64,000 nucleotides of DNA. Source: Octopus sinensis (taxonomy: Eukaryota). A program made the translations under genes and the position numbers. Of the stretch, positions 13,958 to 26,839 are shown in pieces; the first letter of the stretch is position 1, and the number at the start of each line of letters is the position of its first letter. The stretch lies in assembly GCF_006345805.1 (NCBI RefSeq), contig NC_042999.1, positions 84,940,001 through 85,004,000 of the forward strand, written 5' to 3'. The notes below the pieces were generated by a model. The model had not been told where the DNA came from. It was given only the letters and a program-made list of their open reading frames with translations, and searched no databases.

Positions 13958-14659
13958 GTCTGAAGAGAAATCTGTATGCCCACAGAGTTATCATAGTCTC
14001 ATGTAGTCTACTGTATACAAATGTGAAATAGAACCAAATAAATGGCGTCTTTGTAATTTTTTAATTTGGTTTTTAAATATATTGATGTGATTTAAGATCA
14101 AATTTTGAAATGTTAACATATGAATAACAAATCTAGAACGCATTCATTCAAAGCATTTAGAACACAAGAGAAGCAAAACTAAGTAGAGTGATGCATTTAT
14201 ACTAGCACTGTATGCTGTATGTAGTTCTTCGATTATGTCCACCATTAATTCCATCTATGTGAAGCGATTTATTTGCTTCAGGTATATGACACGTTTCACC
14301 TGCAAACGACTTACGCCTATTGTGACATTGAAAAATGTAATACGTATTTATTGCATTAGAGTCTAGGCAATTTAAATGTGAAAAAGTCGATTAAATTTAC
14401 ATTAATACTCAACTTGAGCAATGAAGCCAAAGTCGACCAAAGCAGAATTTCACCTTGCAATCAAAATAAATGTACTATTTTGCCAGTTCAGGCAATTTAC
14501 TATCTATCTAATGGTCAAGCCACAGGCAGACAGGTAGGCAGGCAGGCAGGCAGGCAGACAACCAGACAGACAGATAGATTTATAAACAAAAGAAAAATTG
14601 GAACAAGAACGTAACAGGCAACAACAAAATATTCCGACAGTTAGACGATAGAAAAAAAG

Positions 14660-15068
14660 GACAGGAAAAAACAAGGACGGGTCATTCAGTCGAGTACCGA
14701 ATCGTCTTTGCAGTTTCGGCCGGTTACTCTCAAGACTGCTCTAATCTGGCCGGCTCCAGGATTATCTAAGCTAAGAGCATTAGATTCTTTGGGACAAAGC
14801 AAGCGAATTGCTTGCAATCCCACTTAAAATATTGTAGAGCCTGAGAAAGTCATTGCTGGCGTTTGACCATAGTGATTTTTTAAAAATTACGGAGATGTAC
14901 TTGCCTAGCAATTGATTTGATTTGAGATCGCATGCTAAAACGAAAGCAATTGCAGCGTGGAAGATATTTGCAAACCATTCAAAAACACAAAAATACCGTT
15001 AGTTTCACTTCAACACTAAAACTTCATTTGTGTCAAAATATTTTCGTCGCTTTCGAACCGCGACCTGG
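14660..15068. mobile_element. Interspersed repeat family shared with 45255-45370
   Basis: 'cagtcgagtaccgaatcgtctttgcagtttcggccggttactctcaagactgctctaatctggccggc' aligns with 'cagtcgagttccagattatctttgcaatttcgactggttatactcgagattgctccaatctggccagc' at 45291. Confidence 0.7.
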
Positions 15069-16301
15069 CACGTTACTTTAAAGAAGAACCACCATGAAAG
15101 GGTGCGCCACAATATATTTTTTTCTTTTTCCTTTCCAAATTACAAGCACAATCCACAATTACCATCCACCCAATTTTACTCACACTCCTTGGTTTCAACC
15201 GATATAATGATAAAAGAAAGATAGTGAAGATGTCACATGGTGGGATGGAGCTCGGGTCCTCTGCATTTAGACATGAACTTCTTAACCATGATTTGATCTT
15301 GCTTCATACAAGGAGCTTCAAATCTTGACGTGGATAATTAGCACTTATTTCCTTTCTCTGCATCTTGCTAGATCTTTTGATCCAAAGCGTTCTATGTTGT
15401 TTGCTGTTGTTCTCTCTTAAAATTGGCGTATTCACTTTTGTTGAGCATAAAGGAGACGGACCGTTACATAAACACATACATTCACACGAATTTACGCATG
15501 TGTGATGTGTGCATGTTTGTGTGTGTGCGTGCATGTGTATATGTCGCTACATACACACCCACTCATCACACATATACCAATACGAGCGAAAGATACAAAT
15601 ACATGCGCCGGCATGTACTTGTTCTGTTCGATTCACTTCTTTATCTCTTGAATATTTTCTCGCATATTATACGCACATACACACTAACACCCACATACAT
15701 ACTCACACACAACCACGCATACACAAACATATATATAAATAAAACATATATAAATATAGTATATATATATATTTATATATATATATATTAATTTATGTAT
15801 GTATGTATGTATGTATGTGTACATTTAACGCTTTCACAAGCACATAGTTAAGTTTGTGCATTTATGTATGTACGTGTATATGTATGTATTTAGATCATTA
15901 TATTCCAGTATATATTTATTTATTCTGGTCGGTATTGGCATCGATATATTTATTTCTCAGTATTGTCACGACTCGTTCTGTCCATATTTTTTAACAGACT
16001 AATAGCTTTTACAGCGCTTTTTTTATGGAGTTTTAACAGTTTTTACATCTGAAGTTAATTTTTGAAATTGATTCACTTGTTAGCGTATATACATCTATAC
16101 ATCACACAGACGCACGCACACACATACACACGCACATACACACACACACAAACAGAAACAGACACACACCCTCACTCACACACACAAACACATACATGCA
16201 CATATTTGTATCTTTCGTCGTATACGTCTATGTGTGTGTACGTAGCTACATATACATATGCACGCACTGATAAACAAACACACACACATATATACATACA
16301 T

Positions 16302-16348
<47 letters not shown>

Positions 16349-16349
16349 C

Positions 16350-16480
<131 letters not shown>

Positions 16481-17054
16481 ATATATACACGCATATATAT
16501 ATATGTATATATTTATATATGCATATATATATATATATATTATATATATATATATATATAACAGTCCGTCTCCTTTATGGCTTATCCTGTATTTCCCCAT
16601 TTTTTTTATTATTCTCTCGAGTACATTTTTTTATACTTGGGTATGGTAGTGGGTATGGCTCTCTATTTTCATTTATCTTTCGAAGTACTTCCATGCTTAT
16701 GCATATACCAATGAGAATTTATTTACGTATGTACATGATTTTATATAAGTATATACAGGTAGGCGAGTACGTGCGAATGTTATCTGTGTGCACAATGACT
16801 TATATGTATACTTCCTCAGTTGGTATATATGCGAATTTATTTGGTATTTACTAATATTTATGCTGCGATGTTTTTTTTTGTGTGTGTATGTGTGTGATAT
16901 TATTTAGTAGCAGTTTCTAAACAGTTTTCTCACCGTTTAAATTGTTGACAACTACATCGGTTTTTTTTCTTTCAAATTGTTTCAGTGCTTAGCTTTTGAT
17001 ACTTCATAACACATAACCGTTTTTAAGTTTGTTTTTTTTTTTTTCTGATGGCCG

Positions 17055-17107
17055 GATAACTGAAGAGATGGCGGCGTGGATTTCCATCGGAAACTCGGAG
17101 TTTTATC
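17055..17107 (+). ncRNA. Type I hammerhead ribozyme with one extra G before GAAA
   Basis: GAUAA-CUGAAGA-GAUGG(12 nt)CCAUC-G-GAAAC-UCGGA-GU-U-UUAUC: 5-bp stem I, 5-bp stem II, self-complementary stem III, GUU site at 17102. Confidence 0.72.
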
Positions 17108-17805
17108 ATGACTACCGAATAATAATCACATATTACATTTACAGATATATATATACGCACACATACACAGACACATATATACGTATGTATGTATATACGT
17201 ATGCATTTATGTATATGGATATCTATTTCCTACGTATATCTCTTCACATATATGTGTATGTATGTATGAATGTGTGCATATTTGTAACCACACAGGTGTA
17301 CACACACACACACTCATGTTCACGCACCTGCGATATTTATTCATTATAAATGAAACGTGCGTAAGATGTATTAAATATATTCATAAACTATGCTGTTCTG
17401 TTTTACTTCATATAAGCGCACGCACGCACGCATGCATGTGTGTGTATGTGTGTATGTGTGTGTATGTGTGTGTGTGTATGTGTGTGTCTGTGTAGGTTTG
17501 TTTTGCATGCGTATGTGCGCAGATATCATTTGAGCAAATATTTGTTTAAAATCCTGGGAGTACAAGAATTTAACATAAAGTTCTCAATAATACGGGGATG
17601 ACTTATTTGTGTCATTAGATTCACAAGACTGTTACCTTTCGTTAGAAATCTTTATCATTCATACTGGACTACTCTCAGGAGCATCCACTACTACAACGGC
17701 TTCTAAAATTCTTTCTGATATTTCTTATATTTATTTCTTGTTAATGAAATACCCATAAAAATTATGTATTAAATATATTTACAAAGAGATTATCACGATG
17801 TTTTG

Positions 17806-17843
<38 letters not shown>

Positions 17844-18267
17844 ATGTGTGTGTCGCGTTTTTGATGCTATATGTACGTTTATTTCGTTATTTTAGTTTCC
17901 TACTTTATTAGACAAGTTACTCATGTATGTGTATTCACGTTTCTTTTGTTTCTTCAACCTCTTATTATTTCCGTTTCTATGTCGATATTTCAGAACTGCT
18001 TCATGCATTTACATCTCCGATAGCGTATGTATATTTGGGGAACGGTTCCCCCGCTGCCCTTCATTCAACTTATTTTCGTATATCTATATTCTATGTTAAT
18101 GAAGATGGTCTATTTCATCTAACTCACTTTTTTTTACAGCTAATTTGTCTTCCTTCTTAATTATTTTAACTCTGTCTCTTAAAAATTTCTCTCTATTCAC
18201 CTCATATTTTGATGTAACTTTTCATCACACCACCTTCCTTATCATTAATATTTGTGTTTGTCATAAT

Positions 18268-18450
18268 AAGGGGATCTGGTAGAATCGTTAACTCACCGGG
18301 AAAAATACTCAGCAGCATTTCGTCCGTCTTTTCGACTTTGCCTTTGATCCTTTCGGGGTCGATAAAATCAATACCAGTTGAACAATGAGATCGATGTGGT
18401 TGAATTACCTGTTCCCCAAAATTTCTGGCCTTGTGTCAAAATTTGAAACC
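18268..18450 (+). mobile_element. tRNA-derived SINE (family B)
   Basis: Head 'gatctggtagaatcgttaactcaccggg', core 'tttgatcctttcggggtcgataaaatcaataccagttg', tail 'caaaatttgaaacc'. Confidence 0.7.
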
Positions 18451-18572
18451 TATATTTATTTTATTTGTGTTTGGTGTTTTTTGTTTTTTGTTTTTTTACT
18501 AAGTTGGATTCTTTGTAAGTATGATTATGTTTTTTGTACATTTGAGCGTCGTCTTGTACCAGAACATATATT

Positions 18573-18770
18573 GACTTCAAATTTTGGCAAGAGGCAACAA
18601 TTTCGCGGCAGGGGGTACGTTGATTACATCGATCCCAGCGCTCAACTGGTACTTAATTTGTCGACCCCGAAATAATGAAAGACAAAGTTGACGGCGGTGG
18701 AATTTGAAGGACACACGAAATGCCGCCAGGTACTTTTCCCGGCGCGCCATTCTGCTAGCTTGACGCCTTA
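18573..18770 (-). mobile_element. tRNA-derived SINE (family B), inverted relative to 18268-18450
   Basis: Reverse complement contains 'tttcggggtcgacaaattaagtaccagttgagcgctgggatcgatgtaatc'. Confidence 0.75.
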
Positions 18771-19025
18771 CTCGAGCTTACTAGTTATCTGCATTTTTCA
18801 GAAGACAGCTTCTTGTATCCCAAACGATTCGTTTGACATTAAAAGAAAAATCTGTTTTTAACTGCCATTTCCTTGAATTCGTAATGTCCCAGTCAGACGA
18901 TTAGATTCTCTAAAATCAAAAAACAATACATAGATATTTCGACTTTATATCCATTGCTATCCATCTATGGAAATCATAAAATATCGCTAGTTTTGTCAGA
19001 AATATTCCTGAAGATTAACTATTTA

Positions 19026-19411
19026 TCTCTTTTACTCTTTTACTTGTTTCAGTCATTTGACAGTGGCCATGCTGGAGCACCGCCTTTTATCGAGCAAATC
19101 GTCCCCACGACTTATTCTTTGTAAGCCTAGTACTTATTCTATCGGTCTCTTTTACCGAACCGATAAGTTATGGGGACGTAAACACACCAGCATCGGTTGT
19201 TAAACGATGTTGGGGGGACAAACACAGACACACAAACATATACACAGACATACATATATATACATATATACGACGGCTTTTTTCAGTTTCCGTCTACCAA
19301 ATCTACTCACAAGGTTTTGGTCGGCCCGAGGCTATAGTAGAAGACACTTGCCCAAGGTGCCAACGGAACGATGTGGTTGGTAAGCAAGCGTCTTACCACA
19401 CTGCCACTCCT
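19026..19411 (-). mobile_element. tRNA-derived SINE (family A), near full length
   Basis: Head 'ggagtggcagtgtggtaagacgcttgc', internal (CA/TA) microsatellite, tail 'ctgaaacaagtaaaagagtaaaagag'; collinear with 42337-42750. Confidence 0.9.
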
Positions 19412-19969
19412 GAAAAATTCTATCGCTTAAACTGCTAAACCTGGGTTATAAAAAATTTCTAAAGCAACATTTGGGAGCCTACGAAAAAACTGCTGTCACC
19501 TCCAAAGGATACAGTCTTTCAGTTCTCGGGTACTATAACTTGTATATCTATCGGGCTAGCGATATAAGTATTGAAAATGTATACCTCTATTTTTTATAGT
19601 TTTTTATAGGTGTACTCACACGCACACACACACACACCACACACACACACACACATATATATCTATATGAGGACTTGCAAAGATACATAAGTGCGAAGGC
19701 TCGTGCATACATACATACATACATTCATACATACATACATTTGCATGTATGTTTGTGTACGTGTATGTATGCGTGTGCGTATGTGTGAGAATATTTGTGC
19801 ATATGAATTTTCATATGTCATAGTTGCTGTCAAATTTAGCAATCTAATTAAACTTTCCAGCTGTTTGCCAATCTGATAATTAATGTTATTATGTTGGAAT
19901 AAATTGCAGAAACCGAAATTCAAGAGATCAACTTGCTGATATGAATTGTTATAAGACTAGGTTCGAAAA

Positions 19970-19999
19970 CTCATCATCATCATCATCATGACGACGACG

Positions 20000-20030
<31 letters not shown>

Positions 20031-20279
20031 TGACGATAAGGATGATGATGATGATGATGATGACGACGACGATAAGGACAACCACGACGAAGACGACGAC
20101 GACGTTGAAGCTGATGATGAGGATGATGATGATGATGACGACGACGATAAGGACAACCACGACGAAGACGACGACGACGTTGAAGCTGATGATGAGAATG
20201 ATGATGATGACGACGACGACGATAATGACGATTTTAGTGTTGATGATGACGAGGAGGATCATCATCATCATCATCATCA
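19970..20279. repeat. (CAT)n-(GAT/GAC)n-(CAT)n triplet repeat with a 75-bp higher-order duplication
   Basis: The unit 'gataaggacaaccacgacgaagacgacgacgacgttgaagctgatgatgag' starts at 20071 and 20146. Confidence 0.95.
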
Positions 20280-20700
20280 ATTGCATTGCTGTGATAATTA
20301 ACCTTATCATTTTCTTCTGCTTCCTCTTTTTCTCAGAATAAGAGATTCAAAAAAGAAAGGAGAGAATGGATGGGGAAGCAAGTCCAAAAAATATGTGTTA
20401 ATTAGTTAGGCTCTGCATCATTCTGTCATAAAGTTGAAACCAAACCAAATCCATAAAGATGAGTTCGATTTCCTGTTTGTAACAGCGTGTGGAAAACTGA
20501 ATTTCAAACCAATGCTATGAATTTCTGATGTTCATTATCCAATGTCACCCGATGCTTTTTCAGTATTTCGATATTAGCCCGAGTATTCCTGACCTCTGCC
20601 TTATCCGTTTCTCTTTATGACAGTATAGTAGTGAGAGACTGTGTACTGCGATATTTTCAACCGGGTGATAATATTCCACAACAACATTTAATCATTTATT

Positions 20701-21300
20701 GACGCAGGTGTGACCGTGTGATACTTCCCAACTACATGGTCCCAGTTTCAGTCCCACTGCATCGTACCGCGGGCGAGTGTCTTCTATTATAGTTTCGGGC
20801 TGATCAAAGCCTTGTGATAGCATGTGATGAACGGAAACGTCCGCCGTATATGAAGTGACTTTCTCAAAAGTAGCATAAATTTTCTAGGCCGGTCAACTTT
20901 GTCCAATGGCTCAATGGGCCGATTGAGTGAACCATTCAATAACGAATCTATAATGATTACTTGAACAGCTGTTAGTCAAATTTACTATCATAAAGCAAAG
21001 TATGTAATCACTATCATTTATGCCTTGTTTTATATATATATATATATATATGAATGTGTGTGTGTGTGTGTGTGTTCAACTAGTGCTTGACAATTGGCGT
21101 TGATGTGTTTTGCATGCCTGCAACTTAGCAGTTCGGCAAAAGTGAACACGAATAGAATAAGTATCAAACCTTTAAGCAATAGCTTTCTTAAAGGTCTGGC
21201 CCTCATTCTATTCGTTCTCTTAACCTCTTGTTCGACAAACACTTCAATGCTGTGCACCAGCACGGCCGCAGTCCAATGATTGAAGCAAGCAAAAAAATAA
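20701..21300 (+). mobile_element. Degenerate family A SINE (head 20701-20850, 3' half 21065-21300) with an interruption
   Basis: 'gcaggtgtgaccgtgtg..tttcagtcccactgc..aaagccttgtg' and 'gaatagaataagta..gcaccagcacggccgcagtccaatgattgaagcaag'. Confidence 0.6.
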
Positions 21301-21984
21301 AGTTATCTATTTTATAGGACGGCGATTTGGCAAAATTGTTAGACTATGGCTACAATATTTCTTTTTTGTATGATTTAGTAAGAGGAGTAAAGTACAGTGC
21401 CAATGACCTTTTATCAAGTCTTCCGAGGTTTGATGTTGGAAGAGTAAATGCTATTCCCGTGCCAAAGGCTTACAACAGAGCAGAATGTAGTAAAGGTGCC
21501 GCTTTTATTTCCCATGTTTCTTCTCCACTGCAAAATTATTTAAACTGTTTGTCCTGTGTGTGATTCAGTATATCTATATAATAGAAATACGTCTGTCTTT
21601 ACCCCCACCATCTCTCTTTTCACTGTTTAGAGAAATATATACCACCTATCCAGCCAGGTTAAGTTTTACATGTAATTTTATCATTGATTATTATCCCAAA
21701 ATGAATACTATATGTATACCCCCAGGAAATCATGCTGCAATTCTGAGCAAATATACAAGACATCACACAATTTGCAATAAGTATGATGAATTTACAATTT
21801 CATAGACTAATTTTCGTTCAAACTTGTGGAAAGCCATAAATGATGAGATGTATGTGTACGTGTACACGTGTCCTCAAAATACAGGCGTGTTTCATATGTT
21901 GTATACATCAGTATGTTCACACACACACACACACACACGAATACATACATACATATACATATATACATATGAGTGTGTGTTAGC

Positions 21985-22680
21985 GCGTGCGCGATAACGT
22001 AGTCTTTGTATCCAACGTAACATGGATGCCTCATCAGAACAGCGAATACCGCGTTATTATCCTTGAGAGACCCTCCCATATAGGCGATTGGTGCATACAA
22101 GTACACACATAGACCGTTGCAGACGAACTGTGTCTGACATGGACGTCGAAAATCCCATATCACGTGATTTCGGCCTATTGGACGTCACCAGTAGGAGGCA
22201 CCGGTCACCGCATGCCATTCAAATCTCACTCCTACGATATGACGATCTATGCGGAGCCCTTCAAGATTAATAACGCAGTATTCAGTCCTAACTGGGTATC
22301 CATGTTAAGTTAGATATAAAGATTACCTATTAATACTGTTTCTGCTGCTAGTAATTAATTTTTAATAAGCCTGCTGACTATTTGCGCCATCGGTATCTTA
22401 GAAGATATCGTACCAGTGAGATTTGATTGGCATGCGGTGACCGGTACTTCCCACTGGTGAGGTCCAATAGATCGAAATCACGTGATATGGGAATTCCGGC
22501 GCCCACGACAGACAATTTTCGTCTGCTATGCTCTATGTGTGTGCTTTTATGCACCGAGAACCAATACGAAAGGATCTCCTAAGATTAATAACGCAGTATT
22601 TGATGTTTTGATAAGGCATCCACGTGAAGTTGGGTATAAAGAATAATTTTTGGTATTAATACTGCTACTGTCGCTAATAT
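21985..22680. mobile_element. Composite MITE-like element: three copies of a ~90-110-bp terminal repeat plus a ~155-bp core present twice in inverted orientation
   Basis: Terminal repeat on - at 21990-22077 and on + at 22251-22350 and 22570-22675; core 22087-22240 is the reverse complement (~80% by eye) of 22405-22563. Confidence 0.75.
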
Positions 22681-23133
22681 ACATATATATACATACACAC
22701 ACATAGACAAATATATACATATATATATACATACACAATTACATACACGCTTACATACTTACATACATCTGTATTTCTCTATCTATCTGTATATATAATG
22801 CAATTAATCTGTGTTAAAAGCAAAAAACAAAACAAAGGAAATAAAGTTCTTAAATACGATGCCTCCCTTTATGCGTTTTTTTTTTTTGTTGTTAACTGTA
22901 AACTCTCGTAACCCTCGTGTAATCTCTTGATTTATTCAAAATGGAGGTGATTACCAGCATTTTGTTAGTACTTTGAAAAAAATCATGAAACCACTGTTAG
23001 CACTGTTAATCTACTTATAAAGAATATTTATCCATCATATGCGCTGTTGGACACTCAATGTCACTGTTCGATACTATCGTACAAACACACACACACACAC
23101 ACACACGCACACATATAGTATATATTTATATAT

Positions 23134-23213
<80 letters not shown>

Positions 23214-24821
23214 CATATATAACGTCTCCTTTGTCTCTGTTTTACTTGTATGAATATTATTAGATGTTTTATTTCTGTTTCTCTTTGATATATATTATGT
23301 ATCTTTGGTATATATTATCTAGATCACTAGTCGAGCTAGAAATTTATTATATAATCATCTTCATTTCTAAGTCTATTTAAGTCTCATGTACAGTCTTTAT
23401 ACTCTCTGTGTATCCACGGATATACACGCGGATATACCCACATGATTAAGCATGACTATAAAATTCGCATGTAATCCCAAGATTCAACGTTCTGCTAGAC
23501 TGTGCGGTGCTCGTGCCAATTATTTTCTGCTTTCTATTATTACCAAAGCGAAACTAGAGCAATTTAGTCGCCTCGAATTATAAGAAAGTCTGCCGGGTGA
23601 ATTGTCCACCTTCTTGAATGATAGACTAAATCTGTCATTACAACTTAGCTTGTGATACCTATAGCTGAGTCCACACTGCCGCAAGCATTCGTCTGAAATA
23701 TCTGTTTCGAGAATAACCCATAAGTATCTCCATGATGTCCTGAGAGAGTTATTGATCTTGACCTTCATCCTCTGACTAAGCAATAAAAGCAAAATGGTAT
23801 TTGTTCAGCAAACTGAAATCAAAATATTGTGAAGAACATTCTACCGCCGTTGAAGAGAAATAAGCTGTTTCAATTCATTTCACTTCAGGTACACTGCTAA
23901 AGCTCCTGGGAAGATATAAAGATCAGAACATTCTCATTTTCCAGTTAATATACAAACTTTATAACAGATGTTAGAAATCAATATCAAACAAAGAAGATAA
24001 TTGTTAGAAAGTTATGAAAAACGAATAAATCACATGAACAGGAATTCAATCTAAAGTGTTTGCAACAAACTCACCAAAGCGAATATACATGGAATTTACT
24101 GATGAAACAAAGCAATGGTGGCTTGTCGTGTCTTGTGGTTGTTCATACTTCCATCTGTTAGAAGCAAACTATGTTTGGTGCTGATAAATTGAACAAAAAT
24201 AGGAATTACTTAAGTCTTGTCAAGAAAAACCAGAAAAGAAAATAATGACATATAAATGGTTATTTATATGCAGAGAATGAGATTGATAGTTTGCTTATTT
24301 GCTTAGTTACTGAGTTTACTGGATAGCTCGCTTGCCAGTATGACTGGTTGGTGAGATGGCATGTCCACATACAACCGCAGATAGAAGATCTATCAGTATG
24401 CAAACGAGGAAAAAACAAAGTTTACAGGAGAGAAGAGAGAAACGAGCGGAGAAATATAGCAAAAACAAAAAAAAAACAGCAAAGCTGCATAATATTTAAA
24501 AGGTGTTATACTAGACATATCAATAAAAGCTGTGAGTAAACATTGGAAGATGAAAGAGAATGCATACACACAGACATATAGATATATATTTATACATATA
24601 TATACGCATATGTAGATAGATATGTGTATACAAACACACATACACATGTATATATACATATATGCATACACTCATGAATATACATGTAAATCTAAACCAT
24701 CACAAACATACACAATAAACACGTGCGTGTGAGCATGTGCGTATATAGGTATACAAATACACATCCATACCGCGCGCGCGCATACACACACACAAGCATA
24801 CACACACACAGACACACACAC

Positions 24822-24859
<38 letters not shown>

Positions 24860-25672
24860 GGGAGAGAAAAAGAGAGAGATGTATTAGTAAATATATATAT
24901 ACAAATGTATGTACATACTTACATATCATCTGCGTACTTTTGTGTTTAGGCATGCATATGTAATTCTCCGTCGGTGTTTGAGGCTATACATATCGAACAG
25001 GCAATGACAAGTGAATGAATCTAATATACAGTCAGTTTGAAAATAGATAGATCAAAAATAGAATTACCATAATAGTAAACATGGTTTAGGGTTTAAGAAA
25101 ACATGTTGATCTATAGACAGAAACGGTAACTTGTATAATATTAGCTGACAAACAATCTCGACGTATATTATGTTCAGAATCTTCTGTACGAAAGAAAAAA
25201 AACGTTGATAAATGCTCCGTCACCACGTTTTGCTTACTTTAAATAAAGAAAAGAAAACGAAAATTTGAGAAAAGGAAAAGAAATAATTACAGACAAAATG
25301 AGAGTAGAGAATATAGGAAGATAAGCAATACTGGACAAATTACAAATTTCAGATATGCAATAGTTTTGTAGACTTGTAAATTACATTTTATTTTCTTGGT
25401 GTAGTAAAAAAAACAGAAATAGATGAGTTACACCGGTAACCTATATCTGCATTCGAATACATCTCATCAGCCATGTACTACATAAGTGCTTTTCTTGGAC
25501 TATATTTCTCCTTCTCTTCGGATCTTTGCTTCTCTCCTTTTTTTCACGAAGAGCTATGCTCGAAATATCACACACACCTACGTGTTTCCATCTTATACTA
25601 AGCATCAAACTGTGTACGTCCTTTCGACTTTTGTTGTTTTTGTTTTTATTTTTATTTTCGATTTGCCTTTAC

Positions 25673-26040
25673 ATACATACATACATGGTGGCTGCCCCCT
25701 CGTTATCGAGTATGGCCATTGCACGAAGCTTAATCAATGTTGTTATCGTGCAATGCCTGTGCAAGAAGATTTTTTTAAAGTGAGGAAAGGCTGTGCACAG
25801 AGTCAATCCCACTCACTAAGCAACAGCAGCCATAATCCGAAAAGAAGAACAAGTCAACATCATCGGTAACCACTGAGCCGCAGGTTTTATATCGGAGTTA
25901 TCCCAGTTACCTGAGTTACGTTCTCCTAGAAGGATGCCCTAACAAAGGCTAGGAGTCCTTCACTCCCAATGGTTTAACCGGGCGATCGGGTATTCAGTCC
26001 GATTATTTCCATGTCCCCGCGCATGATACAGCCTTAAGAC
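25673..26040 (-). mobile_element. Short internally deleted RTE-like element (5' UTR fused to 3' end) within (ACAT)n
   Basis: Minus strand: 'gggagtgaaggactcctag..ggcatccttctaggagaacgtaactc..taaaacc' (RTE-type 5' UTR) joined to 'ggccatactcgataacgagggggcagcc' plus (TATG)n (RTE-type 3' end). No ORF. Family call from recalled similarity. Confidence 0.55.
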
Positions 26041-26254
26041 ATTTATTGACATACATACATACATCCATACATACGTACATACATACATACTTACATATAA
26101 GCATATAAAGAGCACAAGCAGGGTTTGAATTTCTTGCCGCTGTTTCGGTAGAACTTTATTGATGTATTCATAGATTACATCATGGCATATATCCATCTTC
26201 AGGGTGATGAGCCTAGATTCTAATGAATCCTATAACTAATCCATGTGTGTGTGT

Positions 26255-26333
<79 letters not shown>

Positions 26334-26839
26334 CCTTGCATCTCTTCCAACATAATCTATTTCATCCAATATACTCTTTGCGACTCTTTATATATTGAAC
26401 AATCGGGCTGTCGGCTAGCCGACTGATTTACTGAACATCTACGAGATATCCGCTTGCATAAAAATACCCTTGTCGCCCGTCATTTTTGCTCTATCAACCA
26501 CTCGACCGAACACCTCACTGTTTTCAGCTTTGCCTTGCACAATGGATCCACCACCACTAGACTTTGCCTTGAACAACACAACATCTTCGAACCCACATAC
26601 CGTTTGCACTAAATCTCCCACTCCTTCCTGTGACAATTTCCACATACGTTTCTTTGTTTTTCATTAGATTTAATTTTAATTTTTTTTAATTTAATTTTAG
26701 TTTCTCAACTTTTTCAAAATCTATTTAGTTGAAATTCATTTAAATTTTAATTAATTTATTTAATTAATTAAATTATTTCTTTTTTTCATTATTTTTACTT
26801 TATCTTCCCCTCACTTTCACATGCCCATATACATACACA

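Noticed and set aside
13958-14000. CUGAAGA followed by a UCUGU/ACAGA hairpin
   Set aside because: No GAAA or cleavage triplet in register.
14705-14765. Minus-strand GGCC...GGCC-GAAAC (and its homologue at 45310) as a hammerhead
   Set aside because: The 5' core is not CUGANGA in either copy and stem III lacks U16.1.
22000-22040. CUGAUGA plus hairpin in the terminal repeat as an active hammerhead
   Set aside because: All six copies read ..ATA(T/C/A)AAAGA or similar after the hairpin with no G12, and the proximal stem I is absent. Kept only as a speculative structure.
24098-24135. CUGAUGA followed by a CAA(A)GC/GCUUG hairpin
   Set aside because: No GAAA after the stem.
25420-25472. Nested hairpins with CUGAUGA on the minus strand
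   Set aside because: GAAU rather than GAAA, a 2-bp stem II and no stem I.
26439-26667. ORF with GVGDLV and GGGSI words resembling Tc1
   Set aside because: The motifs are in the reverse order to Tc1 transposase and there are no catalytic residues in register.
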